Source: a virus. From it: a stretch of 64,000 bases of DNA. The stretch is from positions 7,397-71,396 of IMG/VR virus record IMGVR_UViG_3300023179_000094; one strand, written 5' to 3'. Position numbers and translations under genes: made by a program. Each line of letters begins with the position of its first letter. Within the stretch, counting starts at the first letter, position 1. The notes below the pieces were generated by a model. That model searched no databases, was not told the origin of the DNA, and was given only the letters and a program-made list of their open reading frames with translations. Below are positions 27,294 to 35,829 of this stretch, in pieces.

Positions 27294-29270
27294 ATGAAGA
27301 GACTTATCTTGGCGTTTATTCATACTTGTGAAAGCGCTATTGATTATTCCCCAAAAAAGTTAATTGCGACATTAGCTGTAATGACTTTGCTTCTCGGAGC
27401 AGAGATTTCTCAAGCCCAGATCGGACCTCCTGCTCCAGGCAACGGAATTTACGCAATCATCGACACTTCTTACCGACTCGGAACCGCAACCGAGGGTCAA
27501 TCACAAGCAAAGATCACGCTAAAAAATACTACAGCGACTCTCTACACTGGGGTCCAGTTTCGAGTATTTTACGACAAGTCAGCTTTCTCTTCTGCAAACG
27601 TTTCATTGATCGGTCCGCCAGCAATGTTGGACCTACAAGTGTTGGATAACAACCCTGGAGGGTACGTAACTGTCACTTTAGTCTACACGGGTAGCAGCCC
27701 TACATACACTCTTCCTGATGGCGAAAGATTTTTAATAACTCTGACACACGTACCTTCATCAACTTTCTTCTCACTACCCGCAATTAGCGAACTTACTTGG
27801 TCGGGAGGTGTTGCATACCCCCAAGTTGCTGCTTCACAAGCTGGTTTGGATGTGCCGCTGTCTCTTCATAGCTATGGTGGATCTTGGTCTCAGCCTCGCT
27901 TTGCTTTTCGTGGTAACTTTACGAACGTAACCAATACACCTTCTAAGAATCTTACTCTAGCTTTGGAGAAAAGAGTCAAAGGAAGTGGCAGTTGGAGTGT
28001 TCATGGATCTTACACTACCAACATCAATGGAAACTTTACTTTAACAGAAATCATCGATACTACGTACTATGACGTTCGTCTGAATGTCAAAGGTGATACC
28101 ATGACGGTAGGAAATGCGATTTCTACCGCGGACGCTCAATTGATCAATCAATGGGCACTCGGTGGAATAACTCCTACAGCATGGGACTTTTACACTGGTG
28201 ACGTAAACGGATCCAACGATCTGACTATCACAGATGCATACGGAGTATTCGGTAAAATCTCTGGTAGATTCGCCACATGGCCGAATGGTGTCAAAGACGT
28301 TAAGTTCTTTACAGTATCTGAGCACGCAACTATCACTGGTTCTCCAGCGAACAACTACACATCAACAATCCCAGGTTTGACCAACTTTACTTATGAGATC
28401 CTACCTGGAGCCGCAGATTCTGTTAAGTTCTACGTTCTCGTTCCAGGAGATGCAAACGGAACCGGCTATCGAATGGCTCGTCTTACCCCAATAGAAATCT
28501 CACCTAATCCAGATCCACAGTATCCTTCCCAGATCGAAAACATCATCGATATGAACGTTGAGTATGACTTTCCGACAAACTCGATGGAAGTCAATTTTCC
28601 TTCTCTTAAAGTAGATGCTGGGAGCCTAGTCGAGGTCCCTGTGACTCTTAAAACGTACGGACAGGAGGTATCAGCCCTTCAGCTGGGAATGCTTTACGAC
28701 GAAAAACTCTTGGAATTCAAAGAGCTATCAAACTCCCCGAAAGCTATGTTCTGGATGTCTTCGTTAAACCCATCAGACGGTCTCGTCGAGTGGTCAGGCT
28801 ATGATCCTTCTCGAAACAAGACCTACATGATACCGGACAACTATCGCATGTTTACGCTTAAGTTTATCGCTAAGAAGCCGCAAGGTGAGTGGGAAACTTC
28901 GCCGCTATCGACCACTCGTAAGTTTTCTGGTGACAATACATCAAAAGATATGACAATCTTCCCTACGAACGGAATTCTCGTCGTCGCAAGAATCGGCTTC
29001 GATGTTCCGCAGTCTAACAAGATGGTAGTTTATCCTAACCCAGTAACAGGTGATTTCTTCGTCAAGTTTAAGGTCAAAGAAAGCGGTCTTGTTAGACTAT
29101 TCATAATGGATCTAGGAGGATCGATCCAGCACGTGATTCTCGATCGTGAAATGCCTGCTGGAGATTACACATATTCATCGAACATTGACAACTTAAGAAC
29201 AGGTATGTATGTAGCAATTTTAAATTCAACCAACCAGTCCGAAGGGCTAAAAATCATCAAACAAAAATAA
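27294..29270 (+). CDS. Secreted cohesin/dockerin protein with T9SS type-A C-terminal sorting domain
   Basis: Signal peptide ...AEISQA/Q; cohesin-like GVQFRVFYDK; dockerin GDVNGSNDLTITDA; cohesin VEVPV...SALQLGMLYDEKLLEF; CTD VYPNP...DLGG...LRTGMY...KIIK. Confidence 0.8.
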   Translation: MKRLILAFIHTCESAIDYSPKKLIATLAVMTLLLGAEISQAQIGPPAPGNGIYAIIDTSYRLGTATEGQSQAKITLKNTTATLYTGVQFRVFYDKSAFSSANVSLIGPPAMLDLQVLDNNPGGYVTVTLVYTGSSPTYTLPDGERFLITLTHVPSSTFFSLPAISELTWSGGVAYPQVAASQAGLDVPLSLHSYGGSWSQPRFAFRGNFTNVTNTPSKNLTLALEKRVKGSGSWSVHGSYTTNINGNFTLTEIIDTTYYDVRLNVKGDTMTVGNAISTADAQLINQWALGGITPTAWDFYTGDVNGSNDLTITDAYGVFGKISGRFATWPNGVKDVKFFTVSEHATITGSPANNYTSTIPGLTNFTYEILPGAADSVKFYVLVPGDANGTGYRMARLTPIEISPNPDPQYPSQIENIIDMNVEYDFPTNSMEVNFPSLKVDAGSLVEVPVTLKTYGQEVSALQLGMLYDEKLLEFKELSNSPKAMFWMSSLNPSDGLVEWSGYDPSRNKTYMIPDNYRMFTLKFIAKKPQGEWETSPLSTTRKFSGDNTSKDMTIFPTNGILVVARIGFDVPQSNKMVVYPNPVTGDFFVKFKVKESGLVRLFIMDLGGSIQHVILDREMPAGDYTYSSNIDNLRTGMYVAILNSTNQSEGLKIIKQK

Positions 29271-29283
29271 CAAAAAAACAATC

Positions 29284-29616
29284 ATGTCTGAAGAATCAGT
29301 AGAACAGAACGATGGCACTTGGGGAAGCCTCAAGAAAACCATCATTGGAACTCTTGCGACGGTTGTCACGGGAGGTGGTGTTTGGTTATCTACCACTTTA
29401 TTCGGGGGCGGATCCGACGATAAAGAAGAAACCAAGACCGAGCAAGCGGCTCCAGCAGCAGCGCCCGTCATCAATCTTAACTTGGAGAACAACAATCAAA
29501 ACAACGCATCATCCGGTGGCACCACGGTCATTCGCGAAAAAGTTGTAGAGAAACAGGCTGCTCCGGCAGAAAAAAAAGAAGAGAAGAAGAGTGAGAGCTC
29601 TGATGCTCCTTGGTAA
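29284..29616 (+). CDS. Single-pass membrane protein
   Basis: TM segment TIIGTLATVVTGGGVWL; low-complexity tail. Confidence 0.7.
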   Translation: MSEESVEQNDGTWGSLKKTIIGTLATVVTGGGVWLSTTLFGGGSDDKEETKTEQAAPAAAPVINLNLENNNQNNASSGGTTVIREKVVEKQAAPAEKKEEKKSESSDAPW

Positions 29617-29639
29617 AAAAACAAAAAAATCTGTTCAAA

Positions 29640-30080
29640 ATGAAAAAACTAAAATCTATGCTTGGTTTCGGATCTTCCGAATACGTAAAAGTAGACGACA
29701 AAAATCGTTTCTACTTCATGCTTCAGCAAATGCAGTCTAATCGTTGGAGAATAACCGCTATAGTCCTGGGTCTGTTCTTCTTCATCTTGTTGGGAATCAA
29801 TTCAGGAGTATTCCTAGGAGCAGAGATCAACGAGGACTGGAAAGAAATGCTCTTGATTCTTCTTGGCGCATTCGTCGGCAACCTCAACAAAGTAGTTGAC
29901 TACTGGTTTAATTCTGAAGATCGTGACAAGATGCTCATTCAGAAAGTCGACGAAGAAGACGGCGTGTCTCTTTCGAACGTAACCGAAACTGGATTCGAGA
30001 AACCCGCACAGATTGCTCCTGCCGAAGAAGTTTACGAAGAAGAAGGATATCCTACACAAGTATCGGAAGAAAACCAATAA
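29640..30080 (+). CDS. Two-TM membrane protein (holin-like topology)
   Basis: Two TMs, second ending LLGAFVGNLNKVVDYWF; acidic tail; ATG at 29640 preferred. Confidence 0.65.
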   Translation: MKKLKSMLGFGSSEYVKVDDKNRFYFMLQQMQSNRWRITAIVLGLFFFILLGINSGVFLGAEINEDWKEMLLILLGAFVGNLNKVVDYWFNSEDRDKMLIQKVDEEDGVSLSNVTETGFEKPAQIAPAEEVYEEEGYPTQVSEENQ

Positions 30081-30082
30081 AC

Positions 30083-30802
30083 ATGAAGAAGCTAGTATTC
30101 GTACTCGCTGCTCTTTTCACATCAGCGCAAGGTATTGCTCAGGTCGGAAGTATAAAGACCGAGCAATACCAAGCTGAGTTCGAAAAGAAGATGTCGATAG
30201 ATGCTGTTCCAGAGTACAATGATACGATTAAGATACCTATCCAGATTCTAAAGATCGGTATCAACGAAGAACTCTTCGAGATGTATCCCGAGTTGAAAGA
30301 AAAGAGAGTAGGACTCGGAGTTACAAACATAGTTCTCGAATACCTGGAGTACACCAATCGTTTCGTATTCACTGAAGAAAAGCTGGAGATTAAAGAAAGA
30401 ATGGTACAGCAGTTCAAGGCATCCGACAAAGGATTCACTGAGAACAAAGTAGACGGACGTGGCAAAATCAAACTCGCCAAGTATTTCGTCTATATTGAGG
30501 TATACGATTTCTCTGTTTCGGACGATGAAGTCGTAAAGATCAACGGTCAAGCTCAGACCACTCAGATCACTCGCTTGGGCCTACAAGTAAAGTTCGTAGA
30601 CGCAGAGTCTGGCGAAGTACTGATGGGATCTGGTCTTGGAGACGCCAAGACTATCAAGACTGTATCTATTCTCGAGGGCATTGACGAAAGTGAAATTAAG
30701 TTTAACCAGTCCCACATAGGAATAACGACAAAAAAATCTTTAGAGACAGCATCTGCAAGAATCGTCCAAAGAATGATCAAAAAAGGAATCTTTAAGTCGT
30801 AA
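30083..30802 (+). CDS. CsgG/HfaB-family-like exported protein
   Basis: Signal peptide AQGIA/Q; GLGVTNIVLEYL..TNRF.FTE, AKYFV..EVYDF, LQVKFVDAESGEVL.GSG pattern of the CsgG fold. Confidence 0.7.
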   Translation: MKKLVFVLAALFTSAQGIAQVGSIKTEQYQAEFEKKMSIDAVPEYNDTIKIPIQILKIGINEELFEMYPELKEKRVGLGVTNIVLEYLEYTNRFVFTEEKLEIKERMVQQFKASDKGFTENKVDGRGKIKLAKYFVYIEVYDFSVSDDEVVKINGQAQTTQITRLGLQVKFVDAESGEVLMGSGLGDAKTIKTVSILEGIDESEIKFNQSHIGITTKKSLETASARIVQRMIKKGIFKS

Positions 30803-32173
30803 ATGTATGCGAAAATCGTCTTATTTGTTTTATCAATGTTTTTTTCCGTGTTTGCGTTTGGACAAACCTCTTACTCTTACGTCGATCCTTGCACAGGAAC
30901 TACGACTACGATCAACTTTCCTTCGACTGGTATAGTCGTAACTTATTACGGAGAAATCCGTGCTTTTCAACCTTCCGACTTTTATAACGGAACATTCGAG
31001 AACTGGGCGCAAGGTGTGTACAGTTCTTTCGGCGGATCCAACCCTTGCGCTTCGGTTGTAGGATTACCCACAGGAATAAATATCGCACAAGGGACAACGA
31101 TCAACTTGCTAGGAATCATCAACTCGCTCGACGCAATTTCTGGCATAGCGAGTAGTAACACTGGAATCTCTACGGGTATCAATGCGCCTACCGAAAATAA
31201 TATATCTAATAATGGAAACACCCAACCTAATTCTAACGTTTCTGGGAACTCTGGCAACAGTGGCTCTTCTCAAGCAAGCGGCGGTACGTCAAACCCTCAA
31301 AGTTCGTCTACACAAGGAGGAAATAATCAAGGATCATCTGGGAATTCCCAAAGCCAAAATGGCCAAGGATCGGGTGCTGGTGGGAGACAGTCTGGAAGTG
31401 GCACGGGACAAGGCGAAGGATCTAATCAAGAATCCGGCGGAGGAAAAACAGACGTAGCTGGATCTAGTGTCAAAAGTACCGAGTCTTCTTCTTCCGAAAG
31501 TGGAGGTGACTCCAAACCTTCTTCTCGTAGTGGTCTCCGTCCCAACATCGTCGCAAACAGCGACCTTGCCGCTTTCAACTACAAGAATTCACAAGTAGAC
31601 TACGGTGGAAAGTTCACAGGAGGTTATACTGCTGTAAGGTGGGACGGAGCTCGTTCTTATGGAATCGTGGCAGACTACACGACTGCACTTAGAGGCCCTA
31701 ATATTAGCGGATTCTACGCTTTCTTACACGAAAAAAGGATAGACATATTTTCTACAGCGATCACAGTTGGATTCGATGCTAAGTTTACGATATATGGAAC
31801 ATTTTCTGCTGGACAGATGTGGAATCTGACTAAAGACAAAAAAGCAAAGGCTCTTTACATGGCAACAGTATCTGCTGGCAAAGTGTTTAACGAGAAATTT
31901 TTTGGAACAGCCGTCATAACCGGAGGAATGTATGACTGGAAAGTCACCAAAGGAATCGATATGAAAATCATGGGGCTATATGTCTATGCTCCGTACGTCG
32001 TGTACTATACCGACATTCTTCTTAAGTCCCCGCATGTCATACTGCCGATCATAGGAACGAACATTGGTATCACAAAGAAGTTTAAGATAAATATCAATAC
32101 TGGTGGCGCTTTTGCTGCCAATGATAAAGCTCTTAACTACACCGTGATGATAGGAACACGTCTACTTTTATGA
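30803..32173 (+). CDS. Exported protein with S/G/N/Q-rich linker and probable C-terminal outer-membrane beta-barrel
   Basis: Signal peptide VFAFG/Q; ~115-aa low-complexity stretch; C-terminal ~200 aa of alternating amphipathic strands ending YTVMIGTRLLL. Confidence 0.6.
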   Translation: MYAKIVLFVLSMFFSVFAFGQTSYSYVDPCTGTTTTINFPSTGIVVTYYGEIRAFQPSDFYNGTFENWAQGVYSSFGGSNPCASVVGLPTGINIAQGTTINLLGIINSLDAISGIASSNTGISTGINAPTENNISNNGNTQPNSNVSGNSGNSGSSQASGGTSNPQSSSTQGGNNQGSSGNSQSQNGQGSGAGGRQSGSGTGQGEGSNQESGGGKTDVAGSSVKSTESSSSESGGDSKPSSRSGLRPNIVANSDLAAFNYKNSQVDYGGKFTGGYTAVRWDGARSYGIVADYTTALRGPNISGFYAFLHEKRIDIFSTAITVGFDAKFTIYGTFSAGQMWNLTKDKKAKALYMATVSAGKVFNEKFFGTAVITGGMYDWKVTKGIDMKIMGLYVYAPYVVYYTDILLKSPHVILPIIGTNIGITKKFKININTGGAFAANDKALNYTVMIGTRLLL

Positions 32174-33348
32174 GAAAACTTGGTATCTACATAATCTTAC
32201 TTTTGTTTTTTCCTGAATCTTTCTGTAAGGCACAACCTTTTACACATTCAGGATATGTTTACAATTCCAAAGAACAAGGGATTTCTCAAATACCAGTCAA
32301 GCTCTACGGGAAAAGAACAGATCCTTACGATGTGACATTTCCTGCGTATCCCTCTTCCCCTAACTACACAACAGGCACTGTCATACCTTCTTCTGACGAT
32401 GCCACACACGGACCGTTCAATATAGGATTTTCGTTTTCTTTTTTCGGAAGTTCTTATACACAATTTTATGTAGGATCGAACGGATGGATTGGTTTCAGCC
32501 CGGGACAGACCACTGGTTATACTGCAGCTTACATACCAAACGCTGGATCCCCCAGAAATGTTATTCTTGCTGACTGGGAAGACCTTTTACCGGGATCGTC
32601 AAACATACGTTTCATAACTACAGGTGCATCACCAAACCGTTCTTTGACAGTTTCTTTCAACGCTGTACCTCACTACGGATGTAGGTCAAACTTTCATACT
32701 TTTCAATTTATCCTGTATGAAACGTCAAACATAATAATCATCAACTACGCTTCTAAACCTCTTTGTCCGGGGAACAGCTCGACTGCGGGACTTGTCAACG
32801 CCAACAATACTAACGTCGTTCCCGTAGGAGGAAAAAATGCTTCTCAGTGGTCAGTGACAAATTACTCAGTAATGTTCACACCTTCTGCAGTTGACACTGC
32901 GTTCTATCTTAAGAACGTTTATTACACGAACTCTAGCGGTTTATATACGATGAATCCTGGTTTAGACGTTCAATCATACCAGTTCGAAGTCAGGATCGAT
33001 TCTTTAGTTGTGCTTCCCCCGGCTCTAAGTGATGCACGAGAAATTTCAAAATCAGTTATGATCGGTTCATCACCGTCTTCACTGACTTACTATCAGATGG
33101 ACATCAATGACGACGGCCGGGTGACGGTATCAGATGTTTTTCTTGCTCATGCAAGAATCTCTGGAAGGTTTTCTACATGGCCTTCTTCGCCTTCGCATCG
33201 TCTATTTGTTCTTTCTGAATGGAATGTTATAAAATCCGGATCGAACAACCTAAAAAGTACGTATCCTGGAATGCAAGAAATCAAGGTTTCCGCAAACAAC
33301 GGGGGTACTTCGAACTTTTATCTAATTAGGACTGGATACATAAACTAA
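32170..33348 (+). CDS. Exported dockerin-containing protein with nidogen(NIDO)-like domain
   Basis: Signal peptide FCKA/Q; SDD...IGFSFSFFGSSYTQFYVGSNGWIGF...WEDL...TFQFILY; dockerin MDINDDGRVTVSDV. Confidence 0.7.
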   Translation: MRKLGIYIILLLFFPESFCKAQPFTHSGYVYNSKEQGISQIPVKLYGKRTDPYDVTFPAYPSSPNYTTGTVIPSSDDATHGPFNIGFSFSFFGSSYTQFYVGSNGWIGFSPGQTTGYTAAYIPNAGSPRNVILADWEDLLPGSSNIRFITTGASPNRSLTVSFNAVPHYGCRSNFHTFQFILYETSNIIIINYASKPLCPGNSSTAGLVNANNTNVVPVGGKNASQWSVTNYSVMFTPSAVDTAFYLKNVYYTNSSGLYTMNPGLDVQSYQFEVRIDSLVVLPPALSDAREISKSVMIGSSPSSLTYYQMDINDDGRVTVSDVFLAHARISGRFSTWPSSPSHRLFVLSEWNVIKSGSNNLKSTYPGMQEIKVSANNGGTSNFYLIRTGYIN

Positions 33349-33358
33349 ACTAAAGAAC

Positions 33359-33808
33359 ATGAAAACACTACTTCTTACACTACTTTTTATTCCTTTTGTC
33401 ACTTTTGCGCAAGACTGTTTGAGGGTCGACTCTGTCTACTCGACCGCAAAGTTCAAAGACTTAGGAAAGCGTGACATACGATTTGGGGTAAAACAGATGG
33501 CAGAAGACATGCTGTCCGAAAAGTTCTGCATATCAGAAAAAGGAAAAGATCTTGACGTAGAAGTATTCTTTTTTGGCCTGCCTAAAACTACTCTCAGAAT
33601 TGTTGGAGTCGAAAAAACCAACCAGATCACACAAGTAGGAGTCAGGATTCATTGTGAAGGTAAGACTTACGAAGGATACGGAGAATCGGATACAGAGATA
33701 CGAGCGGTCATGATCGAAGTGGTGGAAGGTAGCATTCCTTTTCAGAAGATGACGCTTTCTTCTGCTATTAAAAAAGCTCTCGAAAAATGCGTCTTGCAAT
33801 TACAATAG
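33359..33808 (+). CDS. Small exported protein, possibly a reduced CsgG-like fold
   Basis: Signal peptide VTFA/Q; FGVKQMAEDML, TQVGVRI, G.GES, SSAIKKALE parallel segments of the 239-aa CsgG-like ORF. Confidence 0.5.
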   Translation: MKTLLLTLLFIPFVTFAQDCLRVDSVYSTAKFKDLGKRDIRFGVKQMAEDMLSEKFCISEKGKDLDVEVFFFGLPKTTLRIVGVEKTNQITQVGVRIHCEGKTYEGYGESDTEIRAVMIEVVEGSIPFQKMTLSSAIKKALEKCVLQLQ

Positions 33809-34251
33809 TCTTTTTTCTTCTGTTTTCTCTTCAGGCGAATGGACAAATAAAAGTTCCTGATGTCGGGGACAGCTGGAAGTCTTTGGTAGACTCAGCAATC
33901 CGGTTAGTCAAAGAAACTGACTCGAGTTCTTATGTGATACTTACTCAGAATTGCAAAGAAATCGAGTTCGCTCTGATTCCTTTCTCGACAACACGTCCCC
34001 CGAATACCATCGTCATATCAGTGAGAGACCTGCGTACACAATCAGTGAACAACGTTGCATGTGTTTTGGTCCATGAATCTTATCATCTTTACTTACACAA
34101 AAACAACCCCGGGTTAGAACCATATAAAGAAGAATATCTTTCTTACGTACACGAATACGATTTTATCTGTAAGCTAAGAAGCGCCGAAGACTGGCTGTTT
34201 AATAACGTTATTAATATGCTTCTCTACCACAAATCGCTAGTCAAAGATTAG
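33787..34251 (+). CDS. Exported HExxH zinc-metallopeptidase-like protein
   Basis: Signal peptide QANG/Q; ACVLVHESYHL followed by EE...Y..E. Confidence 0.6.
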   Translation: MRLAITIVFFLLFSLQANGQIKVPDVGDSWKSLVDSAIRLVKETDSSSYVILTQNCKEIEFALIPFSTTRPPNTIVISVRDLRTQSVNNVACVLVHESYHLYLHKNNPGLEPYKEEYLSYVHEYDFICKLRSAEDWLFNNVINMLLYHKSLVKD

Positions 34252-34372
34252 GTGAGACAGACGAGCTATCCAACTCAAACAAAACTAACGTCGTACGTGT
34301 CCCTAGCATGCAAGAAATCCAAGATGCTGTAAACAGCGGTGTTACCACTAACTAATAATTTTCAGATTTTTT

Positions 34373-34401
34373 AAAACTCAACAAAAAGTTGGGTTTTTTT
34401 T
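34373..34401 (+). terminator. Intrinsic terminator closing the envelope operon
   Basis: AAAACTCAAC-AAAAA-GTTGGGTTTT hairpin with T-tract. Confidence 0.55.
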
Positions 34402-34446
34402 AGATAAAATTTTTTTTTTTGCAAGGTTTAGTTCTACATTTACATC

Positions 34447-35784
34447 ATGATAAACGAACTAAAAATCCTATCGGCACTCGAATCTTTAACCGGTAACGGG
34501 TCCCAAAAAGAGAAGCAAAGAATGCTCTCAGAAAATCTCACCGAAGTAATGTCCTACCTTCTGGACGTGTGCTTCAATCCCTTTGTAACCACCAAGTTAC
34601 ATAAGTTGGACCTACAACCAACCCCCACCGGGGAGTTTCCTGGATTCGAAATCTTCAAGTCTGTAATGGAATCCCTAAAATCAGCTCCGGCTGCCAACGA
34701 TAACCTTAGGGGTCAGGCCACAGCACTCATCAATTCTCGTCTTTCTGAGGATCCAATAGAAGACAAACAACTTCGGGACATTCTGATGAAAATTTTCACG
34801 AAGAGAATGAATTCGGGAATTGGTGCCAAGCTCATTAATAAGGCCTTGGGCAAGGAATTAATTCCGGATCCCTCTTTAATGTTGGCCACGGACGATCAAA
34901 AAGAAGTTTTGGGCTGGGATAAGATTTACTGTGAGGAGAAATACGACGGTGTTAGGGTAATTGCTGTAGGAGACAAAGAAAAAGGTTTTCAATTTTACAC
35001 CAGGGCCTTCAACGAGCTGGACAAAACTAGACTTTCATCAATAGAGCGAGACCTAATTCAGATTCTCCGCAATTCCAACATTGTAGAAGAAGTATTTTTC
35101 GACGGTGAACTAACAGATCTCAACAGAAAGTCTGTTTCTGGAAAGGTAACCCAAATTCTGAAGGGCACAGCTCCCAAAGGTATCGACAAGGAATTTATGT
35201 TCAATGTTTTCGATTTGGAAAAGTCTTCGGTCCTGAAGGTTGGACACGGGACCACTCCATTTATCGAAAGAAGAAAAGAACTTGAGTTTTTGACCTCGTT
35301 CTTGCCTTCAAACTCCCAAGTTAAACTAGCCCGCCAATGGGTGGTAGATTCCATGGAAGAAACCCAAAAGATTTATGGACTAATTATTTCTCTGGGAGGA
35401 GAGGGTGTTATTCTCAAACCGGGCCACCACGTATACGAGTGTAAACGTAGTAAAAGTTGGGTCAAATTGAAGCAGGTTCAAGATTGTGATTTGGAAATCA
35501 CCGGGTGGTATCCAGGCGAGGGTAAGAGGGAAGGATTCATAGGGGGTTTCATTTGTACCGATGCCTCTAGAACTTTGGAAGTGAAGATAGGATCTGGATT
35601 TACCGATGTCGATCTGAAAACTCTTAGTGCCAATCCTGATCAGTGGATTGGTCGGGTTGCTGCCGTTCAATTCAACGAGCCTATCACTGACAAATTCGGA
35701 AATAGAAGCCTATTTCTTCCCCGCTTCATCGAAGTTAGGTCGGACAAGAATCAGGCAGACGACATGACCTCTTTTTTCAAGTAA
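34447..35784 (+). CDS. lig: ATP-dependent DNA ligase
   Basis: EEKYDGVR (motif I), FDGEL, FDL, EGVILK, WVKLK, IGSGF, SLFLPRF..VRSDK. Confidence 0.95.
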   Translation: MINELKILSALESLTGNGSQKEKQRMLSENLTEVMSYLLDVCFNPFVTTKLHKLDLQPTPTGEFPGFEIFKSVMESLKSAPAANDNLRGQATALINSRLSEDPIEDKQLRDILMKIFTKRMNSGIGAKLINKALGKELIPDPSLMLATDDQKEVLGWDKIYCEEKYDGVRVIAVGDKEKGFQFYTRAFNELDKTRLSSIERDLIQILRNSNIVEEVFFDGELTDLNRKSVSGKVTQILKGTAPKGIDKEFMFNVFDLEKSSVLKVGHGTTPFIERRKELEFLTSFLPSNSQVKLARQWVVDSMEETQKIYGLIISLGGEGVILKPGHHVYECKRSKSWVKLKQVQDCDLEITGWYPGEGKREGFIGGFICTDASRTLEVKIGSGFTDVDLKTLSANPDQWIGRVAAVQFNEPITDKFGNRSLFLPRFIEVRSDKNQADDMTSFFK

Positions 35785-35829
35785 GGGGAAACCTTTATTC
35801 GAATTTTCATAAAATTTAAAAGAGGAATT

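Noticed and set aside
27294-33348. True cellulosome or curli operon
   Set aside because: No glycoside hydrolase/CBM motifs and no CsgA/CsgB-type repeats are recognisable; only the assembly modules are present.
34252-34356. Diversity-generating retroelement template repeat for the C-terminus of 32170..33348
   Set aside because: Mismatches are not adenine-specific, there are indels, and no reverse transcriptase is in the window.
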